A program made the position numbers and the translations under genes. 64,000 nt of DNA from Longimicrobiales bacterium (GTDB lineage: Bacteria; Gemmatimonadota; Gemmatimonadetes; Longimicrobiales; Gaopeijiaceae). Below the pieces are notes generated by a model. That model made no database searches and was not told where the DNA came from. It saw only the letters and a list, made by a program, of their open reading frames with translations. The stretch lies in contig OZ250165.1 of assembly GCA_965238005.1 (NCBI GenBank), forward strand, positions 3,552,001 to 3,616,000. Reading direction: 5' to 3'. Shown here piece by piece: positions 47,239 to 56,842 of this stretch; positions within the stretch are counted from its first letter, which is position 1, and the number at the start of each line of letters is the position of its first letter.

Positions 47239-48872
47239 AGCACCTTCTTCTTGGCCTGGCCCTCCTGACGGGTGCGGAAGCCGGGGTCGAATCGACGGAT
47301 ACCTATCCCAAGAATCCCAACATCGACGCCCTCAACTACGCCTTCCGGCTCACCCTGAGTGACTCCACCGACGAGATCGTGGGGGAGGCCACCGTCGACA
47401 TCCGATTCCTGGCGGATGGGATCACCCGGGTGCGCCTGGACCTGATCAATCAGGGAAGCGACGGTCGGGGGATGACCGTGAGCGAGGTCACGTCCGGCGA
47501 CGGTCCGGTGACGTTTACTCACCAGAACGACGAACTGTTCATCACGCTACCTGCGCCCACTCGAGCGAACCAACGAAGCCAGTACACGGTCCGCTACCGG
47601 GGCATCCCGGCCACGGGGTTGATCATCGGGGCCAACAAGCACGGGGACCGGACATTCTTCAGCGACAACTGGCCTAACAAGGCCCGGAACTGGCTGCCGA
47701 CTATCGATCATCCCTACGACAAGGCCACCAGCGAACTCATCGTCACGGCCCCCAACCACTACCAGGTGGTCTCCAACGGGCTCATGATCGAGGAGACCGA
47801 CCTGCCTGGCGACACGCGCCTCACCCACTGGAAGCAGTCGGTGCCCATCGCCACCTGGCTCTACAACCTCGGAGTGGCCCGCTTCGCGGTTGAGCACGTG
47901 GGAGACCACAAGGGGAAGGCCATCCAGACGTGGGTCTACTACCAGGACCGGGATGCTGGCTTCTACGACTTCGCCGTGCCGACCAAGCAGGTCCTCGAGT
48001 TCTACGGCGACTGGGTGGGGCCGTACTCCTACGAGAAGCTTGCCAATATCCAGTCCAACAGCGTGGGTGGGGGCATGGAGGCGGCTTCCTCGATCTTCTA
48101 CGGCGACAACTCCGTCACGGGAGAGCGCACCACCCGCTGGCGCAACGTCATCATCCACGAGATAGCCCACCAGTGGTTCGGCAACGCCGTCACGGAGAAC
48201 GACTGGGACCACGTCTGGCTCAGCGAGGGCTTCGCCACTTACTTCACGCTCCTCTTCCGAGAGCATCAGTACGGCCGTGACGACTTCGTGGAGGGGCTGA
48301 AACAGAGCCGGGACCAAGTGCGGTCCTTTTACGAGGAGAACCCCCACCACAGAATCGTCCACGATAACCTGGACGACATGAGCCGGGTCACCAGCTCCCA
48401 GACGTACCAAAAGGGCGGCTGGACGCTACACATGCTGCGCGGGATCATCGGCGACGATGCCTTCTGGATGGGCATCCAGGACTACTACCGCCGGTACCGG
48501 GACAGGAACGCCTCCACCGACGACTTCCGCCGGGCCATGGAGGAGGCCTCGGGAAGGGACCTCTCGGAGTTCTTCCAACAGTGGCTCTACCAGGGAGGCG
48601 CCCTCGAGTACGAGGGGGGTTGGAGATACGACTCCGGGTCCGGGACCGTCGAGGTGGACCTGATTCAGGTCCAGGACGACGGCTACTCCTTCGAGATGCC
48701 GGTCCAGCTGGGGATCTACTTCGCGGGTGAGACCGAGCCCCACATCGAGGTGCTACAGGTGAGTGACATGACCAACCGGTTCACGATCTCCGTGGACCGG
48801 GAGCCCGAGGCGGTTGTCCTCGACCCGGACACCTGGGTGCTGATGGACGCCGACTTCGCGCGGAGGAACTGA
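47235..48872 (+). CDS. M1 family zinc aminopeptidase, exported
   Basis: GGMEA, HEIAHQWFGN..WLSEGFATY, YQKG. Confidence 0.93.
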   Translation: MKHLLLGLALLTGAEAGVESTDTYPKNPNIDALNYAFRLTLSDSTDEIVGEATVDIRFLADGITRVRLDLINQGSDGRGMTVSEVTSGDGPVTFTHQNDELFITLPAPTRANQRSQYTVRYRGIPATGLIIGANKHGDRTFFSDNWPNKARNWLPTIDHPYDKATSELIVTAPNHYQVVSNGLMIEETDLPGDTRLTHWKQSVPIATWLYNLGVARFAVEHVGDHKGKAIQTWVYYQDRDAGFYDFAVPTKQVLEFYGDWVGPYSYEKLANIQSNSVGGGMEAASSIFYGDNSVTGERTTRWRNVIIHEIAHQWFGNAVTENDWDHVWLSEGFATYFTLLFREHQYGRDDFVEGLKQSRDQVRSFYEENPHHRIVHDNLDDMSRVTSSQTYQKGGWTLHMLRGIIGDDAFWMGIQDYYRRYRDRNASTDDFRRAMEEASGRDLSEFFQQWLYQGGALEYEGGWRYDSGSGTVEVDLIQVQDDGYSFEMPVQLGIYFAGETEPHIEVLQVSDMTNRFTISVDREPEAVVLDPDTWVLMDADFARRN

Positions 48873-48874
48873 CC

Positions 48875-49894
48875 ATGAGGGCAACGTTCTTGTGTTGGCT
48901 CTGGCCGTAGCGGCGGCTTCCCCTCTCCCGGCTCAGCGCGCCTACGAGCCCCCGAACAAGGAGGCCCAGCGCCAGCGTCGGGCGAAGTTCCTGGAGGCCA
49001 TGGACGGCGGGATCGCCATTGTCGTGGCCGCCGAGAAGGACCAGGACTTCATCTACGAGTTCTTCGTGGACCACTCGGACCTCCACGACTTCATCTACCT
49101 GACGAGGCTGGAGGGGATCGACGCCTCGGAGTCGGTCCTGGTACTGGCCCCCGGCGCCGAGACGTACGCCGAGGTCCTCTACACCTCCCGGGAACCCGAG
49201 GAGATTCAGGAGAAGACGGGCATCGAGCACGTCTATCCCTACGAGCTCTTCATGGAGCACCTGTCCGACGCGATTACCGACTACTCCCTCCTCCGGACCC
49301 ACCAGCGGGGGGCAAGGGGCTCGCGACAGATCTGTCACGGTCCCTCGGCGAGGAGAAGAAGGTCCACTTCAATTACCAGCGTTTCCTGAAGCTGGCGGAG
49401 ACCCCCCGGAGCGCCTCGATATCACCAACCGGCTACATCGGGGCCGAGTACGCGCACTACACGGCGGACTTCGGGCGCTCCGTACCGGTGAGGGGCAAGT
49501 ACACTCCCGAGTAGCGGCGCATCGCCGAGATCCCCGCGTCCAGAAGCAGGTCATCGCCGCGGTGAAGCCCGGGAGGACGTTCGGCGAGAGCCAGGCACTC
49601 AAGGGCAGGCTCATGACGGAGGCTGGGCTGGGAGGCGTGACCGGGACATACGGCATCAGCCACTTCGTCGGGATGGAGATCCACGACGTGGGCTTCTACG
49701 ACATCCCCTGGGAGCCGGGCATGTGCTTCGTTATCGAGTGGCGGGTGAGCCAGGACGACTTCTCCATCCGCTTCCAGGACGTGATCCTCGTGACCGAGGA
49801 CGGCCACGAGTGGCTCACCAGGCACTCCCCCATCGAGCCCGACGAGATCGAGGCCCTCATGGCCAAGCGGGGGATCTGGGAGGGGGGGCGCTAG
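48875..49894 (+). pseudogene. Xaa-Pro aminopeptidase (M24B), fragmented
   Basis: N-domain pieces (DFIYLT), GAEYAHYTADFGR..PV.GKYT, SHFVGMEIHDVG..EPGMCFVIE..IRFQDVILVTEDG in different frames, with deletions. Confidence 0.85.
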
Positions 49895-50393
49895 CAAAGA
49901 ACGCGGGCGAAGCCGTTGCCACGCCCGGCCTTGCCATACGTTCGCCTACGGCGGGTACGAGGCGTACGACTGCGCCATGTTCGCGACCAGGAGCGCCACG
50001 GAGGCAAGGACGCCGACCGCCCAGAGCGAGAACCGGCCGAAGCGAGTCAGCCGCCCCCGACGCAACAACTCGAGCTGCTCGGAATGGGCCTTGCCAGACT
50101 GTCCAAGTTCCAGGGCGACTCGGCCGCGCGGACCGCATCGCCGTAGACGGTCCAGGAAGCGAATCTAGATCCGACCAGGGGTTGGCGCCGAGAGGCGTCC
50201 GGCCCCTCGTCGGTGGTGGGGGACCGTGCCGATTTGATGATGGTCCGATGATACGCGCCGATTACCCTCGGGAGCCCTGGAAGAGTTCCGTCGCTCACGC
50301 CCCGACCGAGGTCCGCACCGATCTCACGCGATCGCGAGACGTCAGGCGAGCTCAGGAGCGCTTCCACTCGACTACCAGTCACCAGGAGGTTCT

Positions 50394-50576
50394 ATGCAGA
50401 CCCTATCACGGGGCCGGATGCAGGAGCTGTGCGGCGCCAAGATCCCAGAGGGGAGCGCCTGCGGGTTCATGGTCGGATCCCTCGGAGGCGCCATCATGCT
50501 GGGGTGGGTCGTCCCTGCGGCGTTCATCTTCATGTTCACGCCGCTGGTATGCGTCCTGGATTACGGATGGCGCTGA
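50394..50576 (+). CDS. Putative bacteriocin/RiPP precursor 1 (double-glycine-type leader)
   Basis: AGGAGG RBS; leader MQTLSRGRMQELCGA; hydrophobic core with two Cys and GxxxG motifs. Confidence 0.7.
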   Translation: MQTLSRGRMQELCGAKIPEGSACGFMVGSLGGAIMLGWVVPAAFIFMFTPLVCVLDYGWR

Positions 50577-50623
50577 TCGCCCGTCGCCATTCGACCCACT
50601 CTTCCCCCAAGCAGGAGATCATC

Positions 50624-50800
50624 ATGACAGAGCTCGCGAGCCACCGGATGGCTGACATGAACGGTATGAGCTTCTGGCACGGCTTCCTTTGCGGCGCCGG
50701 CATCATCTCCTCGATCGCCATATCGGCTACCCCGGACCCCATTGTGAGGTGGAGCATCTACAGCGGCACGGTCGGTGCTTGCGGGCTGGCGTTCTTTTGA
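50624..50800 (+). CDS. Putative bacteriocin/RiPP precursor 2
   Basis: AGGAG RBS; leader MTELASHRMADMNGM; core SFWHGFLCGAGIISSIAISATPDPIVRWSIYSGTVGACGLAFF with two Cys. Confidence 0.7.
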   Translation: MTELASHRMADMNGMSFWHGFLCGAGIISSIAISATPDPIVRWSIYSGTVGACGLAFF

Positions 50801-50807
50801 GTTGGTG

Positions 50808-50836
50808 GGGCTGGGCGTGACCGGGGCGCCCAGCCC
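50808..50836 (+). terminator. Strong hairpin after the precursor genes (no U-tract)
   Basis: GGGCTGGGCG-TGACCGGGG-CGCCCAGCCC, a perfect 10-bp stem. Confidence 0.6.
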
Positions 50837-50862
50837 GTCGCTTCACTACATCGGTCGTTTCG

Positions 50863-52488
50863 ATGGGTGACCTCTCCGACGATCTCCTACTGGTCACACG
50901 ACACAAGCTCCAAATCGTCGGTCGCCGCTTCGCAGACAACGTACGCAACACCCTTGAAGGGAAGATGGCTCTGATCGTCATGTTGGCCGCCCCCTTCTTG
51001 ATGAAGAGCATGCTGGGGTCCGCGTCCCTGCGGGCCGCAAACGCCAGCCGCGGGGCGGCCGGCGTCATACTCGCGCTCGCCCACGCCGCGACCGTCGTTG
51101 CGCTGATTCTGGGCGTTGCCGCACGCACCGCTCGCTCACTGATCGTCGAGTATCAAGAGGAGCCGCTGGCTCTTTACCCGGGTGGGAGGCGTGGTCTCGC
51201 TGCCTATGACCTGTGGGGAGAAGTGGCGGCGACCGGCCTCTGGCTCCTCTTCTTCTTCTATCTCTTCTACGGCGCCTTGATTTATGGCCTGGCGACTCAT
51301 CCGCTCCTGGTCCTGCCCATGCATCTCCTTGCGCACTTTCTGGTGCTGGGCGCCCTCGGAGCACTGGCCTACCGCTTGACCCTTCGGATCCTGGAGAGAC
51401 GGCCGGCGATGGGCCGATCTCTCTACATCGGGACCAGTGCCGGCGCTGTGCTCGCGTTCCTCGCCGTAGTCGGGTCGGCGACACTTCTCGAAGATGTCCC
51501 GCCCGGGGTGATGGCCCAGCTGGGGGTGTGGTTCGACGGGGCCGCCGTTTTCTATCCTCCGCTCGCTGCGCTGGTCCAACCGACGAACAATCTCCTTGGC
51601 CCGCTGATGTGGGTAGCCGGCGTCGTGGCTGCTCCCGCTGTCGCGCTGAAGGCGGCCGGCCCACTGATGCGCGAGCCGAGTCCCCTGCTGCTGGGCGAGG
51701 TCGGAGCGCCGCCAGAGCGCCGCTTCACGAGCACCTTTCGGACACAGTGGCACCCCAAGGCCCGTGGTATGGCCGGCATTCGCCTGTTCTTCCTGAAGGA
51801 CATCCTTCTTCCCACGACCCGGAATCCCCGCCGCTTCCTCACCAGACAGTGGACCCTGCTCGCCCTTGCCGTGACGGGACCTGTCGTGATGTGGCAACTC
51901 CGCCGTGAGGGGCGCGTGAGCGAGATCGCGGCGGAGGCCGCCTTGTGGGGAGTGGTGATGGCGCTTCCATCGGTCGCCGCCTACTTGAGCGGGCTCGGCT
52001 CGCTCGGACGGGAGGGGCCGGAATTGGCGCTGATTCGTACATTCCTCCGGCCAGCCACGCTGTGGGGCTACAAGGTGCTTCCGGTCCTAGCTGCCGTGGT
52101 GCCGTACGGACTCGTCTACGGAGCCATCACGGGAGCCACCGCCGCTGGGCTGGCCCTCGAGCCGGGACCGTTGCAGTCAGCGGGCGTGGGTGGACTGACC
52201 GGAGTCGTCGCCGCCGTGAATGCGGTCGCTCTGGGGTTCCTGTCCCCCGACTTTGGACGCCGGAGCGTGCTCGCAACGGGTGCGTCAAGGACCGCACGGC
52301 GACTGTTCGAGATCATGGCCCTCTACGGCATTGGGGTCGGCGTCGTCACGCGTGTCATGACCCGCACGGAAGTGCTGCCCGCCGAGGTGTTCGCCGTGAC
52401 CCTGGTCACCACGGCGGGCTTGGGCGTGACGATGGGGGGGATCATCACCTTCTTGGCCCTTCGTCGACTCCCCTTCCTGGAGACTTGA
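50863..52488 (+). CDS. Multi-TM ABC transporter permease (putative immunity/export)
   Basis: About 12-14 hydrophobic helices in two halves; LGREGPELALIR motif; adjacent to an ABC ATPase. Confidence 0.75.
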   Translation: MGDLSDDLLLVTRHKLQIVGRRFADNVRNTLEGKMALIVMLAAPFLMKSMLGSASLRAANASRGAAGVILALAHAATVVALILGVAARTARSLIVEYQEEPLALYPGGRRGLAAYDLWGEVAATGLWLLFFFYLFYGALIYGLATHPLLVLPMHLLAHFLVLGALGALAYRLTLRILERRPAMGRSLYIGTSAGAVLAFLAVVGSATLLEDVPPGVMAQLGVWFDGAAVFYPPLAALVQPTNNLLGPLMWVAGVVAAPAVALKAAGPLMREPSPLLLGEVGAPPERRFTSTFRTQWHPKARGMAGIRLFFLKDILLPTTRNPRRFLTRQWTLLALAVTGPVVMWQLRREGRVSEIAAEAALWGVVMALPSVAAYLSGLGSLGREGPELALIRTFLRPATLWGYKVLPVLAAVVPYGLVYGAITGATAAGLALEPGPLQSAGVGGLTGVVAAVNAVALGFLSPDFGRRSVLATGASRTARRLFEIMALYGIGVGVVTRVMTRTEVLPAEVFAVTLVTTAGLGVTMGGIITFLALRRLPFLET

Positions 52489-52489
52489 G

Positions 52490-53257
52490 ATGACGGACGC
52501 ACCGTCCATAAGAATCGACCGGCTCACCAAGAGTTTCGGCCCGGTGCTGGCCGTCTCCCAGTTGAGCATGACCGTCGATGCGGGTGAGATCGTCTGCTTC
52601 CTGGGCCCAAACGGCGCAGGCAAGACGACGACCATCGCCACTATCATAGGTCTCAAGAGACCCACAGCCGGTGACGTGTTCATCAACGGCGTGAGCCTGC
52701 GTGCGCCGAACGTCGAATCAGTCCGTAGAAGTATCGGCTATCTGCCGGAGCAACCGGTGTTGTACGACTATCTCACGGGTCGGGAGTTCGTCCAGTTCTT
52801 CGGCCAGCTTTACCGAGCGGACAGGGCATTGGACAGCTGGCTGGACGATCGGCTGGCCGCCCTACAGATGAGTGAGCACGCGGATCGGCTGATCAAGGGC
52901 TACTCGGCGGGAATGAGGAAGAAGATCTCCTTCCTCACGGCCCTGGTACATCAGCCCGACATCCTGATCTTCGATGAGCCCACCGGCGCGCTGGACGCTC
53001 TCAGCGCCCGCATCGTCAAAGATGAAATGGTCGCCGCCCGGGAGAGAGGCTCGCTGGTCTTCTTCACGACTCATGTCATGGAGATCGGGGAGCGCCTCGC
53101 GGACCGAATCGTCATTATCAGTAACGGACAACTCGTAGCAAACGGGACACTCACCGAGCTGCGGATGGCACACGGCCGAGAGACCGGCGAATCACTCGAG
53201 AGTCTCTTCCTCCGCCTGATTCAACTGACGGGGTCCCGAGCAGGCCACAGCGAATGA
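52490..53257 (+). CDS. ABC transporter ATP-binding protein (ABC-2 type)
   Basis: GPNGAGKTT, YSAGMRKK, LIFDEPT, TTH. Confidence 0.95.
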   Translation: MTDAPSIRIDRLTKSFGPVLAVSQLSMTVDAGEIVCFLGPNGAGKTTTIATIIGLKRPTAGDVFINGVSLRAPNVESVRRSIGYLPEQPVLYDYLTGREFVQFFGQLYRADRALDSWLDDRLAALQMSEHADRLIKGYSAGMRKKISFLTALVHQPDILIFDEPTGALDALSARIVKDEMVAARERGSLVFFTTHVMEIGERLADRIVIISNGQLVANGTLTELRMAHGRETGESLESLFLRLIQLTGSRAGHSE

Positions 53258-55405
53258 TGCCATCGGCGCTTTCTCGCCTGGCACGACGGTGCGCCCGCAC
53301 CGTGAACCCCCACCCGGTCGTCCGTCAGTACGATCGGGTTGATTGCGGCCCCGCCTGCCTCCTTTCAGTGCTACGGTTCCACGGCGGCGATACCGGGCTC
53401 CCCCGGGTGCGATCCTTGAGTGGCACCGACGCGAGCGGGACCAGCCTCCTTGGGCTCCATCGCGCCGCCGTCGCCCTCGGATTCGAAGCCCGCGGCGCCA
53501 CCGGCGACTACGACAGCCTGCGCAAGGAACGACTGCCGTGTATCGCCCACGTCGTTGTCGAGGGAGCTCAGCACTACGTCGTCGTCTATGATGCCCGAGA
53601 CCGACGGCTGAAGGTGGGCGACCCGGCTCTCGGACCTCGGTGGCTCACGCGTGAGGATTTCGAAGGTATTTGGAGTCAACGAGCCGTCTTGCTCCTACAC
53701 CCCGGCCGGGATCTCCTCCGAGAGCACCCACCTCACTGGTTCCGATGGGTTCTCGGCCGCATCCGCCACGTTCACGGGTGGCTGGTGCAGTCTGTGTTCC
53801 TCGGCGTGATCTACACGATTCTGGGTCTCGCTACAGCGGTCGTGGTTCAGCGGCTGATCGATGACTTCATCGAGATGCGTGACGTGTCGCGGATTCTGTG
53901 GGCCGGTGGGTTTCTTTTTGCCCTCCATGCATTGAGGGGATTGGCCGGATACCTCCGTCAGCGGTTCTTGGTCGGACTCTCCAAGAGAGCCTCGAACGCC
54001 ATCGCATCGGAGTTCCTGGAACACCTGTTCAAGCTTCCCGCTCGTTACTTTGACACGCGAAAGCGTGGAGACATCATCGCACGTCTGCAGGATGCCTCGC
54101 ATATTCAAACCGCGGTCTTGGAGATTCTGGGTAGCACGACCATCGACGTACTCATCACGGTGCTGTCGATGGCTGCCGTCTTCTACTTCTCGCCACCGCT
54201 GGGTTGGATCGCACTGATCCTCCTGGTACCCTACGCCCTCCTCACAGGCACCGCGGCACGACGGATTCATCGGAAGCATCATGCCGCCCTGCGCCTATGG
54301 GCGGCTTCACGCTTCCTACGTCGACGCCATCGAGGGCATCGACTCGATCCGTGGGCTCGGCGTCGGACCGGCCTTCACTCGGCTGAACCTGGCGCTCTTC
54401 GGCCACTTCCAAACCCGGGTCGAGCGGCTCGGACTCACACGTGCCGCGATCGGATTCCGGGTCGAGGGTGTGAGCAGCGCCCTGCTGGCCACGATCCTGA
54501 CCGTCGGCGCCCTTCTAGTGGTGACAGGAGATCTGCGCCTCGGGGCGATGATGGCCGCCTACTCACTCGTTACCGGCACCTTGCCGAGCCTGCAGCGAGT
54601 CATGGAGGGCCTCTTCGCGTTTCAAAGCGGCGGGGCGGCGGCCCAAAGGCTGCAGGACCTCATGCTCACCGCCCCGGAAGAGAGTAGCGGGGAGCGTCCG
54701 TTCCGGATGGGAGTCGACTAGAGGTTGGACGACGCCCGCTTCGAATGGCCCAACGGAGAGCCGGTTCTGAACGGAGCCAGCCTGACACTCCGGCGCGGAC
54801 GGATCACTGGATTGAGCGGAGCGAACGGATCCGGCAAGACCACGCTCGTTCATCTCCTCACGCGGCGCTATCCGCTGAATGGGGGACGTTTGAGAATCGA
54901 CGGCGTAGTGGCGTCGAGGATCGACCTTCAGGCGTATCGTCGGCAGGTAGCCGTCGTTCCAGAGGCCGTGAAGATCTTTCACGGCACTCTTGGTGACAAC
55001 ATCGCACTCGCACGGGAGGAGCTGTCTCGGGAAGAGCTTACTGACCGCCTTCGTGACCTCGCGGTGGGCTCGTTCATCAGTCGGTTCAGGGGGGGACTTG
55101 CCACCATCCTCGGCGAGGACGGGCGTCGCTTGTCTGCCGGTGAGCAGCAGATGATCGGTCTGATACGCGTGCTGCTATGCCGGCCCTCGGTTCTCATCAT
55201 CGACGAGGGCCTGAACGCCCTGGACCCCCGGCTCTACCGGACAGCCATCAGGGCCCTCGCAGCGCACGCCTCCCGAGGAGCGGTTCTTCTCATCTCTCAT
55301 CACCCGTCCGTGTTGGCCCTCGCCGATGAGCAACTCCGCCTCGAAGGGGGCGTCATCACCTCAGTCATGGGGCACGAACCCGGTCCCGACGCCAAGGCGG
55401 CCTGA
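53254..55405 (+). pseudogene. C39 peptidase-containing ABC transporter (PCAT) with frameshift and nonsense codon
   Basis: QYDRVDCGPACL, HYVVV, GDP (C39); TM domain; GANGSGKT, LSAGEQQ, IIDEG. Frameshift near 54290-54300 and in-frame TAG at 54719-54721. Confidence 0.9.
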
Positions 55406-55482
55406 GTCCGGTGGCCCGATCGTGGGGAGGTGGCTCCGTGCCTATCGACTCCCCCGTCGCGAGCGACCCAGAGTCCCGCGGA

Positions 55483-56112
55483 ATGGCCACTTGGCGCATC
55501 TTCATTCTGATCGCCTGCGTCTGGCTGGCCGTTTCTGCATACACGAATGAGAGGGTGCTCGCGCCGGAGGTGATGGCAGGCGTGGCCAGCCGTACCCCCG
55601 GGGTCGAGATGTCGGTCACGCAGCTCGACCAGCTACGCCGACAAGGACGCTGGGCATACCTGCTGCTTCCCGCGCTCCTGGCGATCCGCGTCGCCGTCGT
55701 GGCCCTGGCACTTCAGTTGTTCTCGATGTTGATGGCGCATCCCCTACCCTACCGCGAGGCATTCCGCGCGGGCCTCTTGGGCTTCGGGGCCGTGATCTAC
55801 GGCACATTCGTTCGGATGCTGAGGCTCGATCTGCTCCCGTCTGGCACCCTCACACGGGAGGAGCTCGCAGTCGTTCCCGATTCGCTGGCGGTCGTGATCT
55901 TGGGAGCGGGAGAGCGTGTCACGGTCCTGTCCGCCGCCTTGGGCCTGGTTAGCCTCCATGACGCCTTCTGGATCGTGGTCGTCTCGGCGTACCTCCATGC
56001 CTTCACCGGCCTGGAGCGCCGTGTGGCCATCGCCATCGCCGTGTCCGGATGGCTGACAGTGGCGCTGGCCCGCCTCGGCGCCCAGGCCTTCATGATCGGA
56101 ATGCTCAACTGA
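55483..56112 (+). CDS. Membrane protein (about 5 TM, Yip1-like topology) at the end of the peptide locus
   Basis: MATWRIFILIAC..RWAYLLLPALLAIRVAVVALAL..PDSL..SLHDAFW. Confidence 0.7.
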   Translation: MATWRIFILIACVWLAVSAYTNERVLAPEVMAGVASRTPGVEMSVTQLDQLRRQGRWAYLLLPALLAIRVAVVALALQLFSMLMAHPLPYREAFRAGLLGFGAVIYGTFVRMLRLDLLPSGTLTREELAVVPDSLAVVILGAGERVTVLSAALGLVSLHDAFWIVVVSAYLHAFTGLERRVAIAIAVSGWLTVALARLGAQAFMIGMLN

Positions 56113-56248
56113 GCGGTGTCGACACCCGTCGCGCCGCCGAGTTGCCGGCCCCCGTAGCCGCGGTCTCCTTGCCCTCACCGCAACCCGCCTCTACCGTGCC
56201 CATCCACCCACGAGGGCCCTCTCACACTCATTGTCAGAGAAACGTGCC

Positions 56249-56704
56249 ATGAGCATCCGAAAAGTCACAGCCTTCGCTCTCCTCACTCTGATCTCCGCCG
56301 CCGCCACCACCGACCTGTCTGCGCAGGATACCCACACCTACTTCGGCGGGAGCTCCCCGGCCGACGACGGACCACCCTTCAGCGGCGCCGTTCAGGTGGG
56401 CAACACGCTCTATCTCTCCGGAGCCATCGGGCTCGACCCGGGCCAGCAGGTACCGGCCACCGCCGAGGCAGAGGCCACGAACGTCCTGAACAACATCCAG
56501 AGATCCCTGGAAGCCGCCGGCATGACCATGAACGACCTGGTTATGGTGCAGGTGTACAGCTCCGACGTCTCCGACTACGGTGCCTTCAACGGCGTCTACC
56601 GCACCTACTTCACCACCGAGTTTCCGGCCCGGGCCTTCATCGGTGCCGGCACGCTGCTCTTCGGCGCTCGGTTCGAGGTGCTGGGGATCGCCGTAAAGCG
56701 GTAG
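56249..56704 (+). CDS. RidA/YjgF family protein with signal peptide
   Basis: PFSGAVQVGNTLYLSG, FNGVYRTYF..FPAR, ARFEV. Confidence 0.9.
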   Translation: MSIRKVTAFALLTLISAAATTDLSAQDTHTYFGGSSPADDGPPFSGAVQVGNTLYLSGAIGLDPGQQVPATAEAEATNVLNNIQRSLEAAGMTMNDLVMVQVYSSDVSDYGAFNGVYRTYFTTEFPARAFIGAGTLLFGARFEVLGIAVKR

Positions 56705-56842
56705 TGGGGCCGACACCTGACGCTCGACATCCCGTGACGCCGAATACACATTAGTTGGCGCAGGGGAGCGGCGTTGGGCCCGTCGGGGCTCACCAAATGG
56801 TCCGGCACATCTCGCACCAGGCCCCTCGCTAGGGGGCACTGG

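Noticed and set aside
49900..50390. Short ORFs upstream of the peptide precursors as a regulator or third precursor
   Set aside because: No convincing RBS, leader motif or recognisable domain.
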